Positions 1-7,878 are shown, numbered from the stretch's first letter. The stretch is 26,779 nt of DNA from a bacterium (GCA_046757525.1 JBHHYI010000042.1:1-26779), one strand, 5' to 3'. The notes: generated by a model not told the origin, from the letters alone. Program-made: numbers and translations.

Positions 1-100
1 ATGATACTTTGCAAATTCTACAAGTATACATGGGAATCCGGATGCATAGGTAGTGGGCTTGGGAGTGGGAACGCAAGGCAGCCATTCGCGGAAAGGACGC

Positions 101-197
101 CCATAACTTTGGTTCACTCGGATGCACTTGACATACAGCCAAGAATCTCTTGGTGTGGAACGCGGCTTTAGCCCGTGCCTAACCGCAGGTGTTATGG
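101..197 (+). mobile_element. Putative attC-like recombination site (weaker copy)
   Basis: CCATAAC (101-107) and GTTATGG (191-197) are exact reverse complements, as in the R''/R' boxes of attC (AAC/GTT cores). There is a central CCAAGA-ATC-TCTTGG hairpin, but L-box pairing is poor. A second GCCTAAC lies at 177-183. Confidence 0.4.
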
Positions 198-258
198 AGC
201 AATGAAGGTGACTAACAGAAAGTAGAATCAAGAGTGATAGATAAGGAGCGATAGACTA

Positions 259-680
259 ATGAGCGTCTGTTCAAATTGTGGTCAAAAGTTGCATCCAAGT
301 GCCAATTATTGCACAAAATGCGGGAAAAACGTCCAACAAGAAAACGAATCTGCTTTTCATCCTCAACGAACCGTCTTACAAAAAATATTTACGTTAAACG
401 GGATTGTCTGTGCGTTTTTCTTATTTTTTGCTATTGCAGGCGTATTCAGAAGAGAGTACCTTCAATCTGGTATTTTTTAGTGTTTGTTGCCTTGCTTCTT
501 ACGGAAAAAGGGAAAACAAAAAATCAAAGAATTGCGTTTTACGCTCTTCCACTCAGTTTTTATGCACTATTGATCATGAGTTACATAAGAAACGAACCAT
601 GGTTTTTCCTTATCATTTTTGAAGCATTAACAGTAATTGGTGTCGCACGGGGCTTATTTGTGAGGTACAAAAAGGGTTAG
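259..680 (+). pseudogene. Zinc-ribbon-domain membrane protein, split by a 1-nt frameshift in a T6 run (473-478)
   Basis: AAGGAG RBS before ATG259. N-terminus CSNCG..SANYCTKCG is a CxxC...CxxC zinc ribbon. Adding one T turns GGT ATT TTT TAG into GIFLVFVALLL..., joining the hydrophobic C-terminus of the 276..680 frame into a ~140 aa multi-TM protein. Confidence 0.7.
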
Positions 681-717
681 TTTATTACTGGTTAAGTTAT
701 TGTAAATATGTAAAATC

Positions 718-846
718 GCCTAACAATTTGCTTCTCGTGACTCTGCCGAAGGGGCATGAACTTCAAGTTTTGGACTTTAAATTAAGTTCTGTATTTTTGT
801 GAAGTAAAGCGCTCCGATCGGCAGAGCAGGTAAGCAATTGATGGTC
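718..846 (+). mobile_element. Putative attC-like site (129 bp) with degenerate R' box
   Basis: GCCTAAC (718-724) fits RYYYAAC, 37 bp after the stop at 680. Left arm AATTTGCTTCTCGTGACTCTGCCGA pairs with right arm TCGGCAGAGCAGGTAAGCAATT with bulges, and there is an inner GAACTT/AAGTTC pair. The R' position reads GATGGTC rather than GTTRRRY. Confidence 0.55.
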
Positions 847-870
847 GACACACACGAAAAGGTAAGTCAC

Positions 871-2082
871 ATGATTTCGGTTCAAGACGCTTTAGACATC
901 ACGCTTGCAGAAACCAGGCGGTTGCAAGCAGAAGAGGTCTCTCTTTTGCAGGCATGCGGATACATTCTGGCTGAGGAGGTTTTTTCCGACGTCGACATGC
1001 CGCCTTTCGAGAAGTCCTCCATGGATGGCTATGCGGTCAAATATGTGGATTTAAAGAAGGCCCCTGCGGTGTTGGAAGTCGTGGGGTGGATTCCTGCGGG
1101 AACGCATCCGGAGTTTACCATCCGGCGCGGACAAACGGCCAAGATCATGACCGGAGCGCCGCTGCCGGCCGGGGCCGACAGCGTTCAAATTGTCGAAAAA
1201 TCGGAGCCTGTGGCTGACGGTCGGGTGAAGCTGTTGGAATCCATTGCCCCTGGTGGCAATGTTGCCAGGGCAGCCGAAGTTCTAAAAGCGGGCGAGAAGG
1301 TGTTTGGCGCAGGCACCTACGTCAGTCCGGCAGTGGTGAGCGTGTTGGCCACGGTGGGGAAAAGCACCGTCAAAATATACAGAAGGGCCGAGGTCGGAAT
1401 CCTGGTTACAGGTTCCGAGCTGGTTGAGATCGACCAAAAGCCCGGTTTAGCCCAAATTCGCAACAGCAATGGGTACACGCTGTACCACCAGGCCCTTGAA
1501 GCCGGGGCGCGGCCGCAGCATTTTGGCGTGGTGCGGGATGACGCAGATGAAATCACTGAAAAAATAGAAGCGGGTTTGTCAAAAGATGTGCTGCTCATCT
1601 CCGGCGGCGTTTCCATGGGCGACCTCGATCTGGTGGCCGGCATTTTAAAGAAGCTGGGCGTACAAATACTCTACCACAAAGTCAACGTCAAACCGGGCAA
1701 ACCTTTGGCCTTTGGGAAAAAAGGCCGGACGCTGGTATTTGGTCTGCCGGGCAATCCCGTGTCTTCCAGCACCATCTTCGAAATCTTTGTGAAGCCGACG
1801 CTGCTCAAGATGATGGGTTTCCGGCAAATCCACAACGCGCGGGTGAAGGCGGTGCTGGCGGCCGACTTCCGACACAAATCCAAACGCGAGACCTATCATC
1901 CGGCCCGAACGGTCTGTGCGGACGGTCAATTTCACGTGACGCCGCTCCAATCTAAAGGTTCAGCGGATGTTTTAGCTTTTGCCAAAAGCAACTCTTTCCT
2001 GATTCTCCCCGGCGACCGGCCGGCCTATGACAGGGGAGACCAGGTTGAAGTCATGCTGCGCAGCGAGGTCTGGAAGACTTGA
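871..2082 (+). CDS. moeA: Molybdopterin molybdotransferase MoeA
   Basis: Motifs PPFEKSSMDGYAV, IMTGAPLPAGADSV, IRNSN, SGGVSMGDLD, KPGKP, GLPGNPVS. ATG871 (MISVQDAL) preferred as start. Confidence 0.95.
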   Translation: MISVQDALDITLAETRRLQAEEVSLLQACGYILAEEVFSDVDMPPFEKSSMDGYAVKYVDLKKAPAVLEVVGWIPAGTHPEFTIRRGQTAKIMTGAPLPAGADSVQIVEKSEPVADGRVKLLESIAPGGNVARAAEVLKAGEKVFGAGTYVSPAVVSVLATVGKSTVKIYRRAEVGILVTGSELVEIDQKPGLAQIRNSNGYTLYHQALEAGARPQHFGVVRDDADEITEKIEAGLSKDVLLISGGVSMGDLDLVAGILKKLGVQILYHKVNVKPGKPLAFGKKGRTLVFGLPGNPVSSSTIFEIFVKPTLLKMMGFRQIHNARVKAVLAADFRHKSKRETYHPARTVCADGQFHVTPLQSKGSADVLAFAKSNSFLILPGDRPAYDRGDQVEVMLRSEVWKT

Positions 2083-2402
2083 ACGGGTTCGATAGTTATT
2101 TTGGGCGAGGATTCAGGGGGCCTGCGGGCGTTTTCAAACTCTTTTTGCTGCTGCCAAAGTTTATCAAATTGATCAGTAGGTTGCTAGTAGATGCCAGAGT
2201 GCCGTTCCATTTGAAAGCTCTATTGATTATAGCGGTTGTTTATTTGATTTCGCCTTTGGACCTGCTTCCCGACTTCTTAATACCCATTGTTGGGTCTTTG
2301 GACGATTTTATTATTCTTTGGTTCGCGCTCAGATTCTTTTTTAAGAGGTGTCCAAGAGAGGTTCTTTTGGAACATGTCAGGCGCATCGAAGCTGAATCTT
2401 GA
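2079..2402 (+). CDS. DUF1232/YkvA-family small membrane protein
   Basis: Signature YLISPLDLLPDFLIPIVGSLDD. Overlaps the moeA stop (TTGA); start uncertain. Confidence 0.85.
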   Translation: MNGFDSYFGRGFRGPAGVFKLFLLLPKFIKLISRLLVDARVPFHLKALLIIAVVYLISPLDLLPDFLIPIVGSLDDFIILWFALRFFFKRCPREVLLEHVRRIEAES

Positions 2403-2462
2403 TTCTCTCGCCCTGGTAACTTTGGGGAATTTTCAACGGCTTAGCAGAAAGTATTCAGTTGT

Positions 2463-4256
2463 ATGAAATGTTTGCTCGAGTGTGTAATCGCTCTTTTGGT
2501 TTTTCTACCTGAGACGGTATTTTCACAACTGTCCCTGCAAGTGGTCTATCCCAGGGAAGATTTGACCATTACGGCAACGGATTCCACATTCATTTTTGGC
2601 TCCGTCAACGATCCCTCGGCCCGTGTGTTCGTCAATGGCTTACCCATGCGGATGTATTCCAACGGGGCTTTTTTGGGAGTTGTGCCAGTCAAGACAGGTG
2701 ATTTTACCTTTCTGTGTCAGGCAGTCTTGCAAGGAGACACAGTGGTCGTATTGCGAAAGGTCTACATTCCACACTACTTGACGACCTCGCCGCGGGACAG
2801 CATGGTGGTGGACACCAGCTACGTTTTCCCGCGCGAGGACCTGGAGTTACAGCCCGGGGATTTTGTCGAAGTGGCGTTCAAAGGCACGCCCGGTCTGATG
2901 GCCACGTTCACCATTCCGGGTCTGGTTGAAAATGCGGCCATGGTGGAGAAGCCGCCCTGGAAGGAGTTTTATTGGGGCGAGGCGGTTTTTGGGCAGGGCC
3001 TTGCGCCCAAAACGCCTGAGATTGAAGGTCTCTACACCGGGACCTACAAAATTGAGCCCGGAGTGCGGCTGGAGCAAGTTAGAATTGAATTTCATTTGAA
3101 AGGGAACGATGGAACCAGCTTAAAGATTTTCGCCCCCGGTGAGCTGACGGTCAGGAACGAATTGGTGCCCAGGATTGCCAGACTCACTCAGGAGTTGACG
3201 GTTGCCCGCACGGGACCGGGCAAAGGCTACCAACTGTTTCTGCCCGATGGCGTCAAATGCTGGATCACCGGCAAACAGGGCTCTTATTATCGTGCCAGGT
3301 TGAGTGCGACTGAAAATGTTTGGCTGCCCGAGGACCATCTGAAGTTCCTGCCCGCAGGAACCGGAATCCCTAACAGCACCATCCCTTTGGTGCGAACAGA
3401 GGATTTGAACGACAAAGTCCGGGTCAAAGTGTTTTTGCAACAACGCTTGCCCTTTAAAATCAAACAACTTAGTGACCCCGCTTCTTTGACTCTTTCTATT
3501 TACGGCGCGACTTCCGAGACGGATTGGATTCGTTACGATTTTCAGGACGCGACCATTCGCGAGATAAGCTGGGCGCAGCCCGCGGATAGGCTGTATCAGT
3601 TGAGAATCGACCTGAATCAAAAACAACAGTGGGGCTACGATCCGTATTATGAAGGCAATAATTTGATCGTCGACATAAAAAAACAGCCGAAGAAAATCTC
3701 GCTCAAGAATTTGTTGATTTGCATAGATCCCGGCCATGGTCCCGATTTAGGTGCCATCGGGCCGACCAATTTAAGAGAAAAGGACGCCAACTTGCGTCTT
3801 GCTTTGGTTTTAAAAGAGAAGCTGCAAAGAAAAGGTGCGAAAGTTTTTCTTACCCGCGAAAGTCGACACGGTGTTGCGCTGGGTGTGAGACCGAAGATGG
3901 CTGCACTGGTCGGCGCCGATCTTTTGCTGAGCATCCACCACAATGCCATTCCTGACGGCGTGAACCCATTTAAGAGTCGGGGCAGCAGCACGTATTATTT
4001 TCATCCGCAAAGCCGACCTTTGGCGGTGGCCATCCAGAAGGAATTGCAAAAGAAGTTGAAATTGCCCAGTTTTGGCGTCTACTACGACAACCTGGCTCTG
4101 TGCCGGCCGCCGCAAATGCCAGCCGTGCTTATCGAGCCCGCCTTTATCATGCATCCCGAAGAAGAGATGCTCATAGGTTCCGTTGAGTACCAGGAGAAGG
4201 CGGCTGAAGCTATTATCAGAGGGATCGAGGATTTTTTGAAGCAGGCCAGGCACTAA
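2463..4256 (+). CDS. N-acetylmuramoyl-L-alanine amidase (Amidase_3) with signal peptide and long N-terminal accessory domains
   Basis: C-terminal IDPGHG...EKDANL...SIHHNA...LIEPAFI Zn-amidase motifs; hydrophobic N-terminus. Confidence 0.9.
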   Translation: MKCLLECVIALLVFLPETVFSQLSLQVVYPREDLTITATDSTFIFGSVNDPSARVFVNGLPMRMYSNGAFLGVVPVKTGDFTFLCQAVLQGDTVVVLRKVYIPHYLTTSPRDSMVVDTSYVFPREDLELQPGDFVEVAFKGTPGLMATFTIPGLVENAAMVEKPPWKEFYWGEAVFGQGLAPKTPEIEGLYTGTYKIEPGVRLEQVRIEFHLKGNDGTSLKIFAPGELTVRNELVPRIARLTQELTVARTGPGKGYQLFLPDGVKCWITGKQGSYYRARLSATENVWLPEDHLKFLPAGTGIPNSTIPLVRTEDLNDKVRVKVFLQQRLPFKIKQLSDPASLTLSIYGATSETDWIRYDFQDATIREISWAQPADRLYQLRIDLNQKQQWGYDPYYEGNNLIVDIKKQPKKISLKNLLICIDPGHGPDLGAIGPTNLREKDANLRLALVLKEKLQRKGAKVFLTRESRHGVALGVRPKMAALVGADLLLSIHHNAIPDGVNPFKSRGSSTYYFHPQSRPLAVAIQKELQKKLKLPSFGVYYDNLALCRPPQMPAVLIEPAFIMHPEEEMLIGSVEYQEKAAEAIIRGIEDFLKQARH

Positions 4257-4308
4257 TTATTAAATGAGGCTTCTCTGAGAATCCGTTGCAATTTTGCAGA
4301 GGTGTGCC

Positions 4309-4731
4309 ATGAAAACTTCAATCCAAATGCTCACATTTCTGATTTGGGTAGTGTCGGTTTTTTTTCAATTTGCCTGTTCGGCTGGCAAACGTGAAACGCC
4401 AAAAGAGGTGACCGATTTGCAAAGAATCTATGTGGAAGAAGTGGCTGCAAAGGAATCCATTGCCAAAACCGAGGTGTTGGCAGTGACCGTCAAAGGAAAC
4501 CTGCCGTCGCCGGCTTACACCTTTGAGCATTTTGACGTCAAGGTCAGGGGCAACGTCATTGAAATTACGCCCCTTGCCAAACACGAGGCGAATAAATTGG
4601 TGGCGCAGGTGCTGGTGCCTTTTGAACAAGTGTGCAGAGTCGGGAATCTCAAACCTGGCAAGTATGAAATAAAAGTCAAGGGTCGCACCAGAACCATCGA
4701 GCCTGAGCAAACCGTTGAGGTGCGAGAGTGA
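4309..4731 (+). CDS. Hypothetical lipoprotein (beta-rich)
   Basis: GAGGTG RBS before ATG4309. MKTSIQ + hydrophobic stretch + FQFAC-S lipobox-like cysteine. Confidence 0.7.
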   Translation: MKTSIQMLTFLIWVVSVFFQFACSAGKRETPKEVTDLQRIYVEEVAAKESIAKTEVLAVTVKGNLPSPAYTFEHFDVKVRGNVIEITPLAKHEANKLVAQVLVPFEQVCRVGNLKPGKYEIKVKGRTRTIEPEQTVEVRE

Positions 4732-4747
4732 CGCGCGAACGAGACGT

Positions 4748-4809
4748 TTGCGTTACAACCGAAAGTAAACGGTGACCTTCTTTGGGAAGGTTACCGTTTG
4801 ATAACGCAA
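4748..4809. terminator. Strong hairpin just downstream of the lipoprotein gene (possible terminator)
   Basis: AAACGGTGACCTTC (4767-4780) / GAAGGTTACCGTTT (4786-4799) form a 14-bp stem with one G-U pair, enclosed by TTGCGTTA/TAACGCAA. The U-tail is short. Confidence 0.5.
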
Positions 4810-4896
4810 CAAAAAACTTGTTGCTTTAAATGACAGAAACGCCAAAGGCATTCCTGTCATGCAGGAAGCATCTTGTTACTGGTTAGCACTGTGCGA

Positions 4897-4959
4897 GTCA
4901 TCCCGAGTAGGTCACCGCTTCTCAAGCGACCGTATCGAGGGGTGACGGGCGTCGATACG
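4897..4959. repeat. REP-like palindrome
   Basis: GTCATCCC...GGGGTGAC outer stem. GTAG (4907-4910) sits at the foot of the inner GTCACCGCTT-CTC-AAGCGACC palindrome. CGTATCGA (4931-4938)/TCGATACG (4952-4959) is an alternative stem. Confidence 0.45.
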
Positions 4960-5220
4960 AAATCTCCCTTGTTGAACTGGTCTTTACCCATAACTATATA
5001 CTGGACACCAGGAGACAGTCATAACATGTTACTCCTGACGGAGTTTGAGGATGCAGAGGGTGATGGCAACTATAAAGATGCACCCTTCACAAGGTTGAGC
5101 TGGCTTTTGTCAACATTTTCTTTGCAGAAGAGCGGGAAAACCGCGTAGCGGTGATATGTTTATAGCAATTCTCAACACGAGTGCCCCGTGTTCAGTAAAA
5201 AAATGTGGGACAGGGACAGT

Positions 5221-5373
5221 TTTAAAAGGGGGACGGTTTTTGAAGCGTCCAGCGAAAAAACCAGGGGGATTTTAAGAGGCATCCTGGAAACCCAGGCCAT
5301 AGTTTGTCCCTCCAGACATCCCTCTGATTTTCGCTCTGGACGAGCGAAAATCTGTCTCCCTTTCAAAGGGAGA
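5221..5373. repeat. Inverted pair of ~52-bp degenerate repeats (REPIN/MITE-like doublet)
   Basis: 5221-5272 matches the reverse complement of 5316-5367 at 38/52 positions without gaps (counted by hand). The right copy holds a perfect GATTTTCGCTC/GAGCGAAAATC stem and a TCTCCCTTTCAAAGGGAGA palindrome. Confidence 0.6.
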
Positions 5374-5470
5374 ATTAATCCGGCAGTTGCCGGATTGCGT
5401 TACGTAAAAAAGAGCATTGCATGAAAGCGAGCGATTGCTGGCCGGCGCTTTGAGTAGGAGGGAGGTGCTA

Positions 5471-6409
5471 TTGGCGCAAACTGGTTTTGTATTTCACGAA
5501 GATTACCTCAAACATGACACCGGCATGGGGCACCCGGAACGCCCGGAACGGCTGCAAGCCCTGATTGAATCCTTGAGACACGACGACTACCTGACCGAGT
5601 TCGCAGCCATTCGGGCCACTGCGGCCGAGGTTCAGTGGATTGAGCAAGTCCATTCCCTTTCTTATATCAAACAAATCGAGAAAGCCTGTACTGAGGGGCA
5701 GGTGCATTTGGACGCAGACACGGTGGTCTGCGGGGATTCGTTTCGGGCGGCACTTTTGGCTGTCGGCGGTGCGGTGAATGCCTGCGAAGCTGTCATGGCT
5801 GGACAAATTGAGAATGCCTTCTGTGCGGTGCGACCGCCCGGGCATCACGCGGAACCTGCGCGGGCCATGGGCTTCTGCCTGTTCAATAACATTGCCGTTG
5901 CCGCACGGTACTTACAGGATCATCTTGGTGTTGGCAAGGTTGCGATTATCGATTGGGATGTGCACCATGGAAATGGGACGCAGCACGCATTTTATGACGA
6001 TCCTACGGTGTTCTATTGTAGCCTGCACCAGCATCCTTTGTTTCCCGGCACAGGCCGTTCTGATGAGACTGGTTCTGGACCGGCCGCTGGCACCACACTT
6101 AACTTCCCCTTGCCGCCGGGATGCGGTGACCGGGAATATGTGAAAATATTTGAAAAAGACCTTTTGCCCGCCGTGCGCAACTTTGGTCCGGATTTCATTT
6201 TGATTTCTGCTGGCTTCGATGCCCATCGTGACGATCCACTGGCTAACATGGAGGTTACTGAAGATGGGTTTCGACAGATGACGGCGGTGGTACGAGCCTT
6301 GGCACAGGAATGTTGCAGCGGGCGCGTGATTTCTTTGCTGGAGGGAGGCTACCATTTGAGCGCTCTGGCCAAAAGTGTAAGGGTTCACTTAAATGGGTTG
6401 CAATTGTGA
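5471..6409 (+). CDS. Histone deacetylase family (Zn-dependent) amidohydrolase
   Basis: HPERPERL, RPPGHHAE, GFCLFNN, DWDVHHGNGTQ, SAGFDAH and LEGGY motifs. GGAGGT RBS before TTG5471. Confidence 0.93.
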   Translation: MAQTGFVFHEDYLKHDTGMGHPERPERLQALIESLRHDDYLTEFAAIRATAAEVQWIEQVHSLSYIKQIEKACTEGQVHLDADTVVCGDSFRAALLAVGGAVNACEAVMAGQIENAFCAVRPPGHHAEPARAMGFCLFNNIAVAARYLQDHLGVGKVAIIDWDVHHGNGTQHAFYDDPTVFYCSLHQHPLFPGTGRSDETGSGPAAGTTLNFPLPPGCGDREYVKIFEKDLLPAVRNFGPDFILISAGFDAHRDDPLANMEVTEDGFRQMTAVVRALAQECCSGRVISLLEGGYHLSALAKSVRVHLNGLQL

Positions 6410-6484
6410 AAAAAAATAGTTTATTTAATATAACCATTGAAGTCGAATTCATCTGGGTCTGTCACTCTTTTTGGAGCAAACATT

Positions 6485-7180
6485 ATGTTTGAAACCCTGC
6501 AAGAATTGGATTTAAAGCCCGGTGATACAAAGCGCTATTTTCATCTGAGAAAAAGGATGATTGAAGAGCAGATTCGCGCGCGCGGGGTGCGCATCCCATT
6601 TGTCCTGAGAGGGATTGAGCGGGTCCCGCGGCACAGGTTTGTCGACGAATCTCTGGAACTGCAGGCTTACGACGATTCGCCCCTACCCATCAGCGAGGGC
6701 CAGACCATTTCGCAACCGTTTATCGTAGCGTACATGACCGCCGCCTTAAAGCTCAGCCACGACTCTAAAGTCTTAGAGGTCGGGACGGGCTCCGGTTACC
6801 AGGCTGCCGTTTTAGCAGAGCTGGTTGAACAGGTTTACACCATCGAAATCAACGCCAACCTGGCCATCGAGGCTTCCCGGAGGTTTAAGAAACTGGGTTA
6901 CTACAACATCAACCTTCGATATGGGGATGGTTACAAGGGGTGGCCGGAGGAAGCACCCTTTGACGGCATCGTGGTGACAGCAGCCCCGGATCATATCCCC
7001 AAACCTCTGGTCGAGCAGCTTGCGCCCGGTGGCAAAATGGTGATTCCGGTGGGCGAAAAGTCGCAGGAGTTGCTGGTGATTTCTAAATCGTTTGATGGCA
7101 GCGTTAAGAAAGAGTCGCGTATTCCGGTCAAGTTTGTGCCGATGACCGGCGAAGCCGAAAAACGAGAATCGCACGAATGA
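6485..7180 (+). CDS. pcm: Protein-L-isoaspartate(D-aspartate) O-methyltransferase
   Basis: VPRHRFV, GQTISQP, VLEVGTGSGYQAA, GDGYKGWPEEAPFD and FVPMTG motifs. GGAG RBS before ATG6485. Confidence 0.95.
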   Translation: MFETLQELDLKPGDTKRYFHLRKRMIEEQIRARGVRIPFVLRGIERVPRHRFVDESLELQAYDDSPLPISEGQTISQPFIVAYMTAALKLSHDSKVLEVGTGSGYQAAVLAELVEQVYTIEINANLAIEASRRFKKLGYYNINLRYGDGYKGWPEEAPFDGIVVTAAPDHIPKPLVEQLAPGGKMVIPVGEKSQELLVISKSFDGSVKKESRIPVKFVPMTGEAEKRESHE

Positions 7181-7821
7181 AGAAATTAGTGACCGAGCGC
7201 GATGTCATTGAGGCCTGGCAAAAGGGCGCAACGCAGATTTTTGTGGCGCCCAACGGACTGGTGACGCCGGCGGCACAGGATGCCGCAAAAGCGCACAACA
7301 TCACCATTGCTCGGAAAGTGAGCGATCCGTCCGCAGTTGCTGAAACCGTGGTGTTGCCTAAGAATTCTACTACGGGAAAGATCGTGCTCGGGTCTGACCA
7401 CGCTGGATTTGAGCTAAAAGAACATTTAAAGAGCTTCATGGCTGAGGTCGGCTACGAGGTAGAAGACGTGGGCACCTTTTCACAGGATTCGGTTGACTAC
7501 CCGGACATTGCCCTGGCGGTTGCACAAAAGGTAGCACAAAACCATCGGTGCCGCGGTGTGATTATCGACGGCGCCGGGGTTGGTTCGGCCATGGCCGCAA
7601 ACAAAGTGTCCGGAGTGCGGGCAGCCACCTGCCACGACGTCTACACCGCTCGCAACAGCCGAATGCACAACGACGCCAATGTCCTGACCCTGGGCAGCCG
7701 CGTGCTGGGAATCGATGTGGCAAAAGATATCTTGCGAGTTTGGCTCCAGACGGATTTCGGCGGAGGCCGCCACAAACGGCGCGTGGACAAAATCATGGCA
7801 ATCGAAAAGACTTACCACTGA
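7177..7821 (+). CDS. rpiB: RpiB/LacA/LacB-family sugar-phosphate isomerase with an extra ~65 aa N-terminal domain
   Basis: GSDHAGFELK, DYPD, ANKVSGVRAA, SRMHNDANVL and GGRHKRRV motifs. ATGA overlap with pcm. Confidence 0.85.
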   Translation: MKKLVTERDVIEAWQKGATQIFVAPNGLVTPAAQDAAKAHNITIARKVSDPSAVAETVVLPKNSTTGKIVLGSDHAGFELKEHLKSFMAEVGYEVEDVGTFSQDSVDYPDIALAVAQKVAQNHRCRGVIIDGAGVGSAMAANKVSGVRAATCHDVYTARNSRMHNDANVLTLGSRVLGIDVAKDILRVWLQTDFGGGRHKRRVDKIMAIEKTYH

Positions 7822-7878
7822 ATGACATCCGAAACCTTCCTTTGCTTTTTGCGTTAATGCCAATGGGTGACTTTTAAA

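Noticed and set aside
1..171. Possible 3' end of an upstream gene
   Set aside because: Frames 1 and 3 are both open for a short distance with no recognisable motif; it cannot be assigned at the window edge.
478..480. TAG read-through (recoding) of the zinc-ribbon ORF
   Set aside because: Read-through gives only a short uninformative extension; the -1 frame gives a coherent membrane domain. Other genes here use TAG as a normal stop.
5059..5086. GGTGATGG start resembling a fluoride riboswitch
   Set aside because: It lacks the closing stem and the downstream GCTRATG...CTAC elements.
4873..5424. ORFs 4873..5148, 5172..5366 and 5188..5424
   Set aside because: No RBS or recognisable domain; they run through palindromic repeats and are probably spurious.
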